Source: Gemmata obscuriglobus | GTDB taxonomy: Bacteria > Planctomycetota > Planctomycetia > Gemmatales > Gemmataceae | Assembly: GCF_008065095.1 (NCBI RefSeq) | Contig: NZ_CP042911.1 | Span: 8,790,001-8,822,000 of the forward strand | Length of the DNA stretch: 32,000 nt | Reading direction: 5' to 3' | Part shown: positions 1 through 8,230 of the stretch, in pieces | Layout of the letters: each line of letters begins with the position of its first letter | Position numbering within the stretch: the stretch's first letter is position 1 | The notes under the pieces: model-generated | What the model was told of the DNA's origin: nothing | Database searches by the model: none | The model's input: only the letters and a program-made list of their open reading frames with translations | Translations under genes and position numbers: made by a program

Positions 1-1970
1 GGGGCTCGCTCGACTGGTCGGCGCTCGCCCGCGAGGTCGAAAAGCTCCGGCACCTGTTCTCCGACCGCTACGTGGTGCAGCTTTTCGAGGTCGGGTGGGA
101 AGCGGACCCGCCGTACTACGTGATGGAGTACCTGGAGAACGGCTCGCTCGAGGACCACCTCCGCACCCACACGCCGCACGCGCACGAGGCGGCGGCTCTG
201 TTCCGCGAGATCGCCGTCGGGCTGGTTCATGCACACGACCGGGGCATCCTGCACTGCGACCTGAAGCCCGCCAACGTGCTGCTCGACCACGAGCACCGCC
301 CCAAGCTCGCGGACTTCGGACAGGCGCGCCGGACGAACGAGACCGCCGCCGCGCTCGGCACGCTGTTTTACATGGCCCCGGAGCAAGCGGACCTGAGCGC
401 CGTGCCGGACGCCCGGTGGGACGTGTACGCCCTCGGCGCGCTCGTGTACCGGGTGCTGGTCGGCGAACCGCCGCACCGGGGCGACCCGGCCGCAACCGCC
501 ACGCTCACGGGCACGCTCGACTCGCAGCTCGCGGCGTACCGGAAGCTGATCCTCGCGGCCCCGAAGCCGTCCGCCCACTACGCCGTACCCGGAGTCGATA
601 AGGGTCTGGCCGCGATCATCGACCGCTGCCTGGAACCCAACCCGAGCAAGCGGTTTCCGAACCCGCAAGCGGTGCTCGCTGCCATTGATGTGTGGAACAT
701 CCAGCGCGTGCGCCGGCCGCTTCTGTGGGTCACCGGCGTGACGTTCGCGCTGCTGTTTCTGTTGATGGGGCTGCTCGGGCAGTACCTGTTCCGCACCACG
801 GTGAACACGGCCGCGCAAGGGGTCGAGAGCCGCGCGCTGGAAGCCAACAAGTTCGCCGCGCAGACGGAAGCCCGGCAACTCGCGGCGCAGATCCAGTTGC
901 GGTGGGTGCAGCTCGACGCCGCGGCCCGTAACGCCCAGGTGCGCGAGTTGCTCGCGAAGGGCGAGCGGCTGCGAGACGACCCCGAAGCGGCCCGCACCCT
1001 CGATCGCCTTTTGGGCGAGCGAAAGGAGCGAGGCGACCGGCAGTTCGCGCCCGGAGACAAGGCGGCCATCTGGTTCGCGGACGACGCCAACGGGTTCCAG
1101 CGCGCCGCATGGCCGCCGGCCGACGCCGCCCGACACAAGTACCGCGGCTACCGGGATTACTTCCACGGCCGGGGCGAGCGTCCCGAGGGCACCCCCGTTC
1201 CCGGGATCATCGCCCGCCCGCACCGGTCGGTCGCGTACCGGCGTAAGGTCGAAGGCGGCGAGGATGTGTGGTCGGTCGCGTTCACGGTCCCGGTGTTCGC
1301 TGACGGGCCGGATTCGAAGCCGATCGGCGTGGTCGGCATGACGCTCGACCTCGCGGACGCCGCCCCCGAGCGCACGGACCGGTTCGCGGTGCTGATCGAC
1401 ACCCGGCCGGACGTCCGGAGCGGGCACCGCGGGCTGATCCTCCGGCACCCCTACTGGGCGACAACGCAGGGGAACAGCAACCCGCCGCTGTACTACGCGG
1501 ACGCGGTCGTGAAGTGGGGCGACGCGCTCGGCGCGGGTGACGATTCGCGGGCCTTCGCCGATTCGGAGTTCACCGATCCCGTTTCCGAAGGCTGGCCGGA
1601 GTACCGGGGGACATGGCTGGCGTCCGCGAACCGGGTGCGCGTCGGCCCCGACAAGGTGGACACCGGCTGGGTGGTACTCGTGCAGGAGAGACGCGACGAG
1701 GTCCTTCAGCCGGTGCGCGAGATGCAGTGGCGGCTCGGGTTCGTGGGGCTGGTCGCCGGCGTCGCGGTGCTGGGGCTGGTGACGCTCATGTGGACCGGAA
1801 TGATGATGGTGATGGACACGTCATCGCGGTCGCCGGTGACGCGACTGCTGCGGCGCTGGGCGGGGCTGCCGACGAGCGGAACGAGCACGACCGGCACCAC
1901 CGCGAGCGGGCTGGCCGGTGCCGGCACCGCCCGCGGCAGCACAACGCCCACCCCCGGCGCTGGGTCGTGA
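1..1970 (+). CDS. Hanks-type Ser/Thr protein kinase, 5'-partial (open to the window edge). The C-terminal half is two TM helices enclosing a ~320-aa extracytoplasmic Cache-like region.
   Basis: Frame 3 is open from nt 3. Motifs present: HCDLKPANVLL catalytic loop, DFG, APE and DVYALG. Hydrophobic helices LLWVTGVTFALLFLLMGLLGQYLF and LGFVGLVAGVAVLGLVTLMWTGMMMVM. Thr/Gly-rich low-complexity tail. TGA at 1968-1970. Confidence 0.85.
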   Translation, partial: GSLDWSALAREVEKLRHLFSDRYVVQLFEVGWEADPPYYVMEYLENGSLEDHLRTHTPHAHEAAALFREIAVGLVHAHDRGILHCDLKPANVLLDHEHRPKLADFGQARRTNETAAALGTLFYMAPEQADLSAVPDARWDVYALGALVYRVLVGEPPHRGDPAATATLTGTLDSQLAAYRKLILAAPKPSAHYAVPGVDKGLAAIIDRCLEPNPSKRFPNPQAVLAAIDVWNIQRVRRPLLWVTGVTFALLFLLMGLLGQYLFRTTVNTAAQGVESRALEANKFAAQTEARQLAAQIQLRWVQLDAAARNAQVRELLAKGERLRDDPEAARTLDRLLGERKERGDRQFAPGDKAAIWFADDANGFQRAAWPPADAARHKYRGYRDYFHGRGERPEGTPVPGIIARPHRSVAYRRKVEGGEDVWSVAFTVPVFADGPDSKPIGVVGMTLDLADAAPERTDRFAVLIDTRPDVRSGHRGLILRHPYWATTQGNSNPPLYYADAVVKWGDALGAGDDSRAFADSEFTDPVSEGWPEYRGTWLASANRVRVGPDKVDTGWVVLVQERRDEVLQPVREMQWRLGFVGLVAGVAVLGLVTLMWTGMMMVMDTSSRSPVTRLLRRWAGLPTSGTSTTGTTASGLAGAGTARGSTTPTPGAGS

Positions 1971-2072
1971 TGCCCGAAGGCGTGCGCTCGTAATTGCTTA
2001 GAAACGGTGGCGGAATGGACGGATGGTCGCGGCTTCGTACCGGCCCACACGGGCTTCGCGTTTACGAACACA

Positions 2073-2155
2073 GATTTTGACAGGATCGACAGGATTCACC
2101 GGATGAAGGCCGATCGATTTGAAATCCTGTTTATCCTGTCGATCCTGTCAAAATC
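2073..2155. repeat. Perfect 23-nt inverted repeat (GATTTTGACAGGATCGACAGGAT / ATCCTGTCGATCCTGTCAAAATC) built from 9-nt-phased ACAGGAT/ATCCTGT units. REP-like hairpin between convergent genes.
   Basis: Arms 2073-2095 and 2133-2155 are exact reverse complements. ACAGGAT-type units start at 2080, 2089 and (degenerate) 2098; ATCCTGT units start at 2124, 2133 and 2142. The element lies between the kinase stop (1970) and the porin stop (2390). Confidence 0.8.
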
Positions 2156-2389
2156 TTCTGGACTCAGCCACCGCGTATTGGTGCGATCCGCTCTTGCCCC
2201 GGCGGCCGCAAAGGTACTCCGAGCGAGGTTCATTCCGCCACCCAACTCTTATTCACAATCCGGCTGGTATTGTCTGTTTCTTGTGGCACAGGCAGCACCA
2301 CCCGGACCGTGAATGGAAAGATGCTACGCAGCGGATCTGGCACCGCTCGCGGGGCGAGCGGGCCACCTTCAACACAGCCACGTGTGCGA

Positions 2390-3604
2390 TCAGTACTGCA
2401 ACCGGGCGCCGAAGGTGAGCGCGTTGACTGTCAACCCGTCGGTGCGCCACGCGAACGCCGGACGCGCCAGCGTGCTCGGGGTAGGCTGAGCGACGAACCG
2501 CACGTTGCTGTCGTTCACCACCGCGTCGATCGCCCCGCCCGGCCGGATCGCGCTGCTCATGTACATCAGCGAGTACCCGAACGACACCTGGAACCACGGG
2601 TTGAAGTTGTAGGTGAGCTTCAGATCGAAGTCCTGCGTGTACGCCACCTTGCTGCGGGTGAACGTGCCAGCGTTCAAGCCCCGGGCGTACAACCCGGCGG
2701 GCTCGATGTCGGCCGCGCCGCCCGCCGGGATGAAGCTGTTCGACCCAACCAGTTCGGCCCGCTGCGCCACACCGCCCAGCCCCGACTTCGATGTCAGGTC
2801 GAGCCCGAACCCGCGCTCGTTCCCGAGCCGGCTGTTGATGCCCACGTACCCGCCGTAGAACCGGTTGCTGGTGCGAACCGAATCGCTCGACGAGATCACG
2901 CCCCCGCTCGGGAAGACCGACGGCGAGTAAACGGTCAGGCTCTCGTGCAGGTCGAGGTACTTGAACCCGACGAGGACATCGGTGGTGTCGAACAGGAACG
3001 TGTACCACGCCCGCCGGATGTTCCCGTCCAGCCCCCACAGCCGGCTCTGGGCCGCGGCGGACACGCCGCCGCTGTATTGGCCGGGCAGCGACGCGAACAG
3101 CGTGGTGGGCAGCCCGGACCCGGCCGAGATGTACCCCTGGCCGAGCGCGACCGGGTTCCCGTTGTTGAAGAACGACGAGCTTTCCCCCTGCCGCTCAAGT
3201 ACGAACCCGCCGACCTCCACGCCGAACTTTTCGAAGTTGGCCCCGACACTCGCCCGGATGCCGTTGAACGCGCCGAAGTTGATCCGGTTGTTCTCCGGGA
3301 ACAGCGTCACGGCCCCGTTGCTCGTGGACTGGTTCGCCAGCGCCGCCGGGACCGCCTGAATGAGCGGCGGCGTGCGGATCGGCGTGTACCACGCGAGGAC
3401 GTAGTCGCCGCTGGCCCAGAACTGCGGGCCGACCATCGGGAACGGCCGCGTTTCCGTGGGAATGCTGACCGTGGCCGGAGCGGGCGTTGTGCCCGTATCG
3501 GTCCACGCCGGCGCCGGCTCGGCACTCAGCAGCCGCGGGGGCTCGGCACGAACGCCGCTGGCGGTGAGGAGAAATACGGCGGTCGCTATGAGTTTCACGC
3601 GCAT
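2390..3604 (-). CDS. Outer-membrane beta-barrel protein (porin-like, possibly the planctomycete BBP7 type)
   Basis: Signal peptide MRVKLIATAVFLLTASGVRA. Gly/Ser/Asn/aromatic-rich alternating pattern throughout. C-terminal beta-signal-like end LTFGARLQY with a terminal aromatic residue. ATG at 3602-3604. Confidence 0.6.
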   Translation of the reverse strand: MRVKLIATAVFLLTASGVRAEPPRLLSAEPAPAWTDTGTTPAPATVSIPTETRPFPMVGPQFWASGDYVLAWYTPIRTPPLIQAVPAALANQSTSNGAVTLFPENNRINFGAFNGIRASVGANFEKFGVEVGGFVLERQGESSSFFNNGNPVALGQGYISAGSGLPTTLFASLPGQYSGGVSAAAQSRLWGLDGNIRRAWYTFLFDTTDVLVGFKYLDLHESLTVYSPSVFPSGGVISSSDSVRTSNRFYGGYVGINSRLGNERGFGLDLTSKSGLGGVAQRAELVGSNSFIPAGGAADIEPAGLYARGLNAGTFTRSKVAYTQDFDLKLTYNFNPWFQVSFGYSLMYMSSAIRPGGAIDAVVNDSNVRFVAQPTPSTLARPAFAWRTDGLTVNALTFGARLQY

Positions 3605-3726
3605 GGCGGAATCTTCCCGTTTGAAGGCCCGCGCCCGGCGGGCCGGACATCTGCGCGTTATTAATCGGTTGGCGCGGTCTGCACAGTCGAGTAGTAATGC
3701 TCAAATTGCGGGCTTGTGTGAGTTTG

Positions 3727-3765
3727 GCGAAAATGAGGAGCGGGCGCCCATTTGGGCACCCGCTC
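3727..3765 (-). terminator. Candidate intrinsic terminator downstream of the phosphoglycerate-mutase-like gene
   Basis: 13-bp stem (3738-3750 / 3753-3765). Its single mismatch becomes a G-U pair on the minus-strand RNA. It is followed on the minus strand by CUCAUUUUCG. Confidence 0.45.
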
Positions 3766-3845
3766 GGATCGAAGGAGGTGTTCTGACGACTGATACTTTT
3801 TGGTTGGGATCGGGAGACTTCGTGCGGCTATCGGCCCCACGCCGC

Positions 3846-5069
3846 TCACTTATCCTGACCGAGCCACCACTTCATCAGGTTCCAACCCGGGTCAAAGCTC
3901 AGCCCGGTCGTCGCAGCGGTCGGCTCGTCGTATTGTGTTGCGGCGTCGGGGGTAATGCCAGCCCCGCACGCGGCGAACGCGACCGCGCCGTAAGCGTGAG
4001 CGCGGGTCTTCAGCGTGGTGCGGTGGTCCGGCTCCACGAGAACGCGGAAGTCGCCGTACCGCGGCAGCGCGTCGAGCAGCGGGCCGACGATGTGCGTGTC
4101 GATCTGTTCGAGGGCTTTGACCTTCTCATGCGCTTTGCCCTCGTGCGACGCCTCGTCGGGCGCCTCGACGTGAACGCAGACGAGATCGAACGCGCCGAGG
4201 GCCTCGATCGCGTACCGGCCCTTGGCCGCGTAGTCGGTGTCGAGGTAGCCGGTGGCGCCGGGCACGTCGATCCGGTGCCACCCGAGCAGCACCCCGACCC
4301 CGCGGACGAGGTCCACCGCGGAGATGATCGCCCCGCGCGTGCCGCCGTACACTTCGGCGAAGGGATTCACCCGGGGCGCCTTCCCGTGGCCCCACAGCCA
4401 CGCCTGCGTCGCGGGCTTCTTCCCCTCGGCGATCCGCCTGGCGTTCACCGGGTGGGCGGCCAGAATGGGCTTGCTGGCTTCCATCAGGGAGACCAGCATC
4501 TCCGCGCCGGGGCCGGTCGGGAGGTAGTCCGCAACGGGCCGGTCCGGGATGTCGTGGGGCGCTTGCGCCTTCGTGCCGTTGAGGGGCGAGGTCTCGGAGT
4601 TCGAGCGCCACACCATGATGTTGCGGTACTGCACGCCGGGGTGGAACTCGATCGTCCCGCCCGCGATCTCCGTTCCCCCGAGTTCGTGCTGGAGCGCCTT
4701 AATCAGCGGCGCGCCGTCCTCGCTCGAGATGTGCCCCGCGGTGAAGTCCCGCATGTGCCCGTCGGGGGTGTACACGAGGTTGCACCGCACGGCCCAGTCG
4801 TTCGGGCCGAGGTGAATCCCCATCGCGGCCGTTTCGAGCGGCGCGCGGCCGGTGTAGTACTTCAGCGGGTCGTAGCCGAACAGGGACAGCGTCGCAACGT
4901 CCGACGCCGGCGTGAGCGACGGCGGGACGTTGTTCGAGAGGCCCACCACGCCGCCCGCGGCGACGCGGTCCATGTTGGGCAGCTTCGCCGCCTGGAGGGG
5001 GGTCAGGTTGCCGAGTTCGGCGACGGGCTCGTCGGCGCAACCGTCCGGGATCACGATGACGTATTTCAT
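3846..5069 (-). CDS. Cofactor-independent phosphoglycerate mutase of the archaeal apgM type (same metalloenzyme family as the 'proposed homoserine kinase')
   Basis: N-terminus MKYVIVIPDGCADEP, plus ...VHVEAPDEASHEGK... and ...VEPDHRTTLKTRAHAY... metal/phosphoserine-site style motifs. 407 aa, typical for the family. Confidence 0.8.
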   Translation of the reverse strand: MKYVIVIPDGCADEPVAELGNLTPLQAAKLPNMDRVAAGGVVGLSNNVPPSLTPASDVATLSLFGYDPLKYYTGRAPLETAAMGIHLGPNDWAVRCNLVYTPDGHMRDFTAGHISSEDGAPLIKALQHELGGTEIAGGTIEFHPGVQYRNIMVWRSNSETSPLNGTKAQAPHDIPDRPVADYLPTGPGAEMLVSLMEASKPILAAHPVNARRIAEGKKPATQAWLWGHGKAPRVNPFAEVYGGTRGAIISAVDLVRGVGVLLGWHRIDVPGATGYLDTDYAAKGRYAIEALGAFDLVCVHVEAPDEASHEGKAHEKVKALEQIDTHIVGPLLDALPRYGDFRVLVEPDHRTTLKTRAHAYGAVAFAACGAGITPDAATQYDEPTAATTGLSFDPGWNLMKWWLGQDK

Positions 5070-5082
5070 GGCGCTGATTGTA

Positions 5083-5131
5083 CCCGAACCCTAAACCGCG
5101 GCGAGCGGGCCGCCGCGGTTTAGGGTTCGGG
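5083..5131. repeat. 20-bp perfect inverted repeat (CCCGAACCCTAAACCGCGGC / GCCGCGGTTTAGGGTTCGGG), 9-nt loop, intergenic
   Basis: Arms 5083-5102 and 5112-5131 are exact reverse complements. The element lies between the stop of the CxxC gene (5215) and the start of the mutase gene (5069) on the minus strand. No clear U-run follows it. Confidence 0.6.
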
Positions 5132-5214
5132 GTGGCGCCCGCCGCTTGCGACAGCGGGCGATCGAGCGCTCTTGAGCGGCCCCGCATTTCGGGGCTGGGC
5201 CGCGAGAGGCGGGA

Positions 5215-5772
5215 TTACTTGCCGACGATCTTGGACACGTCTTGCACGATGGCGCTGATGTCCTTGTCGCTGAGCTTGCCCTTCGCGAAGCTGTAGTTCG
5301 CCTTCACCACGCGGTCCGTGTACAGGATCACGGTCACATCGGCTTCGGGGCTCAGGTTGTACTTCGCCGGGATCGGGTCCTCTTTGTCCTCGATGGCCAG
5401 GGTGACGGCCTTCAGGTCGGCCTTCTTCGCGGCGTCTTTGAGCTGCGGCTCGAGCGCGGCCTTGTCGCCCTGAAAGATGCCGAAGGTGTACATTTCGGCC
5501 TTCGCGTTCTTGACCGTTTCGGCGTCGAGCGCTTTGAGGAGCTTGTGGGTCATGGCGTCGTCGCCGGTGCGGGCGAACACCATCACCGCCGGGCTGTCGC
5601 CGGCCTTGCAGTACAGGCACGCGGTCTTGCCCGCGTCCTCGCCGTTCACGTTGTACGGGTGGAACGCGCCGGGCACCTTCGCCCCGACCTGCGGCCCCGA
5701 CTTGAGTTCCGCGGCCACGACCGCGCCACCCAGCACCACGACAACTGCCGCGGCCAGCACGTTACGGATCAT
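5215..5772 (-). CDS. Exported hypothetical protein with a single CxxC motif (thioredoxin-fold-like)
   Basis: The internal ATG at 5772 gives signal peptide MIRNVLAAAVVVVLGGAVVAAE. CLYC motif followed by PAVMVFAR. The upstream 54 codons of the track ORF are Arg/Pro/Ala-rich and run over a terminator hairpin. Confidence 0.5.
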   Translation of the reverse strand: MIRNVLAAAVVVVLGGAVVAAELKSGPQVGAKVPGAFHPYNVNGEDAGKTACLYCKAGDSPAVMVFARTGDDAMTHKLLKALDAETVKNAKAEMYTFGIFQGDKAALEPQLKDAAKKADLKAVTLAIEDKEDPIPAKYNLSPEADVTVILYTDRVVKANYSFAKGKLSDKDISAIVQDVSKIVGK

Positions 5773-5835
5773 GCGAGACTTCTCCGAGGAAAGGGAAACG
5801 GCCCGAGTCAATGATACCGCCCGGGGCAAACGGTC

Positions 5836-5883
5836 TAAAGCCAGAAGTCCGGGCGCCGACGGTGCGGCGCCCGGACTTCTGGC
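5836..5883 (-). terminator. Candidate intrinsic terminator after the TIGR03000-methyltransferase gene
   Basis: 18-bp perfect stem (5840-5857 / 5866-5883) with an 8-nt loop. It is followed on the minus strand by UUUAGACC, which is only 3 U. Confidence 0.45.
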
Positions 5884-5906
5884 TTGCGGCGCCCGAAAGG
5901 GGCGGC

Positions 5907-6767
5907 TTACTTCTTCTTTTCCTTCACGGTCCACAGGTGGATCAGGTACTCGTCGCCGTCGGCGCCGGTGATGGTCTTGGTGGTGTCGGGCTTCCAGTCG
6001 CCGATCACGAACCGGTGCGAGACGATCCGCGAGCCCGCCTTGAGCTGCTTGTCGAGGATCGGGCGGAGCAGGTCGTTGAACTCGTTGCCCATGTACAGCA
6101 GGACCACCGTGGCCTCGCTGTAGTCGCGGTCCTTCAGCGCGTCGCCCTCAATGATGGTGATCTGCTTCTCCAGCCCGGCCTTCTTGATGTTCTCGCGGGC
6201 CTCTTCCGCCTTCTTCGGGTCGAGCTCGATGCCGACGCCCTTCTTCGCGCCCTTCTTCACGGCCGCGATCAGCATCCGGCCGTCCCCGGGGCCGGGCTCG
6301 TACACCACGTCGTCCTTGCCGATCTTGCCCAGCTTCATCATCTCGTCGACGATGTCGTCCGGGGTGGGCACCCAGCGGATCTTCGCGGCGTCCGGGACCT
6401 TGGGGTCGGCCTTTGTGAGGTCCGCGACCACGTCGTCGCCGGCCTTGAACTCGATGGACTTGGTGCGGGTGAGGATGGTGTAGTTGTTCGGCGCCCAGGT
6501 GGTCGTGAAGGTGTACTCGTACAGCTTGCCGGCTTCCAGGTCCGGGGTCTCGAACTCGCGGGTGACGCCGGTCACCTTCATCAGCTTGTCTTCGATCTTC
6601 AGCTCCGCGTCCTCACGCGGCAGCGTGATCTTGATCTTTGACTTGACCTTCTGCGCCGCGTCTTTCTTCTCCGGCTGCGCCCCGACGGACAGCGTCGCCA
6701 GGCTCGCGGACGTGAAGAAGACGGCGAAGGCCAGCCCGAACGCTCGGGCGGTGCGGGGGGTGAACAT
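5907..6767 (-). CDS. Signal-peptide protein fusing a TIGR03000-type planctomycete domain to a class I SAM-dependent methyltransferase domain
   Basis: N-terminus MFTPRTARAFGLAFAVFFTSASLATLSVGA. KIKITLPREDAELKIEDKLMKVTGVTREFETPDLEAGKLYEYTFTTTW matches my memory of the TIGR03000 pattern. VVYEPGPGDGRMLIAAVKKGAKKGVGIELD is Rossmann motif I, followed by post-I. Confidence 0.75.
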   Translation of the reverse strand: MFTPRTARAFGLAFAVFFTSASLATLSVGAQPEKKDAAQKVKSKIKITLPREDAELKIEDKLMKVTGVTREFETPDLEAGKLYEYTFTTTWAPNNYTILTRTKSIEFKAGDDVVADLTKADPKVPDAAKIRWVPTPDDIVDEMMKLGKIGKDDVVYEPGPGDGRMLIAAVKKGAKKGVGIELDPKKAEEARENIKKAGLEKQITIIEGDALKDRDYSEATVVLLYMGNEFNDLLRPILDKQLKAGSRIVSHRFVIGDWKPDTTKTITGADGDEYLIHLWTVKEKKK

Positions 6768-6970
6768 GAGACTCCTCGGAACAGCGGGCTCTTGGGCAGT
6801 GCGGAAATAGTGTCACCGAAACCAATTACTCACGCAAGGGGTTTAGGGCAAGTGCCTGGGCGCCGCGGGCCGCGCGGGACGAATTCGGTTTTTTGGCCGC
6901 TGCCTTCTACCCGCCGCCCGCTTTCGTGAGATAATCAGCCGCCACCGCCCCCCACCCGCCGAGACCACCA

Positions 6971-8200
6971 ATGACCCGCTCGCTGCTGGCTCTGCTCGTT
7001 TTCGCCTCCGCGCTCGCGCTCGCCCCGGCCGCCGACTGGCCCCGGTTCCGCGGCCCCAACGGGACCGGCACCGCCGCCGGCCCGCTGCCCGGGATCGACC
7101 CGGAGAAGCCGCTCTGGAAGATCGAACTGGGCGGCGGGAAGGGCGTCAGCTCGCCCATCGTGGTGGGCGGGAAGGTGTACGTTCAGTCGGCGTCGGCGGA
7201 CGGCAAAGCCCGCGTGCTGACCGCGCTCGACGCGGCGACCGGGAAGCAGTTGTGGAGCAAGGAGGTGCCCGGCGATAAGGCGAAGGCGCACGCGAAGAAC
7301 TCGCTCGCGTCCGGCACGCCCGCGTGCGACGGCTCGCAACTGTACTGCGCCTGGTGGGACGGCAGCGGGGTGAGCCTGGCGGCCTACGACCTCGCCGGCA
7401 AGGAGCAGTGGTCGGCGTCGCTCGGCGGGTACGTCAGCCAGCACGGCCCGGGGTTCTCGCCGATGGTCCACGACGGCCTCGTGTTCGTGAACGTGGACGA
7501 CGACGAGCACGCGGAACTGGTCGCGTTCGACGCGAAAACGGGCCAGAAAAAGTGGTTCAAGACCCGGAAGCACGTGCGCGCCTGCTACACCACCCCGTTC
7601 ATCCTGGAGCGGGCCGGCAAGCCGGCGGAGTTGGTCCTCGGCACCACCACGGCCGTCACCTCCTACGAGCCGGCCACCGGAAAGGTGAACTGGGAGTACC
7701 CGATCGCGTGGCCGAAGGGGGACATGCCGCTGCGCGTGATCGGCCACCCGGTGTACGCGGGCGGGCTGCTGGTCGTGTACTCCGGTGACGGCGGCGGCGG
7801 GCGGTACATGGCCGCGATCGACCCCGAGCGCAAGACCCCGGCCAAGGTGTGGGACCTGCGGAAGGAGACGCCCTACGTCCCGTGCGTGCTGGTGAAGGGC
7901 GACAAGCTGTTCTGGATCGGCGACAAGGGCGTCGCGACCTGTGCCGAGGCGAAAACCGGCAAGGCGCTGTGGGCCGAGCGGGTGTTCAGCGCCGACGTCA
8001 CCGCCTCCCCGGTCCTCGTGGGCGACACCATCTTGATGATCTCGGAGAAGGGCGAGGTCGCGGCGGTGAAGGCCGGGAACGAGTACGAGGAGCCGGTGAA
8101 AGTGTCGCTGGGGGAGGGCGTGTTCGCGACGCCCGCCGTGGCCGACGGGCGAGTCTACATCCGCGGGGTGAACACGCTGTTCTGCTTCGGAAAGAAGTGA
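6971..8200 (+). CDS. Secreted PQQ-like (BamB-type) beta-propeller repeat protein
   Basis: Signal peptide MTRSLLALLVFASALALAPA followed directly by DWPRFRGPNGTG. Repeated GxVYV / W motifs. Ends GRVYIRGVNTLFCFGKK. Confidence 0.8.
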   Translation: MTRSLLALLVFASALALAPAADWPRFRGPNGTGTAAGPLPGIDPEKPLWKIELGGGKGVSSPIVVGGKVYVQSASADGKARVLTALDAATGKQLWSKEVPGDKAKAHAKNSLASGTPACDGSQLYCAWWDGSGVSLAAYDLAGKEQWSASLGGYVSQHGPGFSPMVHDGLVFVNVDDDEHAELVAFDAKTGQKKWFKTRKHVRACYTTPFILERAGKPAELVLGTTTAVTSYEPATGKVNWEYPIAWPKGDMPLRVIGHPVYAGGLLVVYSGDGGGGRYMAAIDPERKTPAKVWDLRKETPYVPCVLVKGDKLFWIGDKGVATCAEAKTGKALWAERVFSADVTASPVLVGDTILMISEKGEVAAVKAGNEYEEPVKVSLGEGVFATPAVADGRVYIRGVNTLFCFGKK

Positions 8201-8230
8201 GCCGGGCGGTCGGCGAGCGCTACGCGGGGC

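Noticed and set aside
2007-2312. 101-aa ORF (..DRIDRIHRM..ILFILSILSK..) between the kinase and the porin
   Set aside because: Its sequence is the translation of the two arms of the inverted nonamer array. There is no coding periodicity outside the repeat.
2270-5123. Very long plus-strand ORFs (2270-3664, 3456-5123) and similar ones elsewhere (14926-16014 +, 17813-19669 +, 19155-20612 -, 19685-20725 +, 22996-24840 +, 25009-26076 +, 28002-30077 -, 28184-29491 +)
   Set aside because: Each lies antisense to, or out of frame with, a gene that has unmistakable family motifs. Their products are Arg/Pro/Gly/Ala-rich with no motifs. Long stop-free shadows are expected at ~67% GC.
5088-5126. CCCTAAACC / GGTTTAGGG strings reminiscent of telomeric repeats
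   Set aside because: There is a single copy on each arm of an ordinary 20-bp hairpin and no tandem array.
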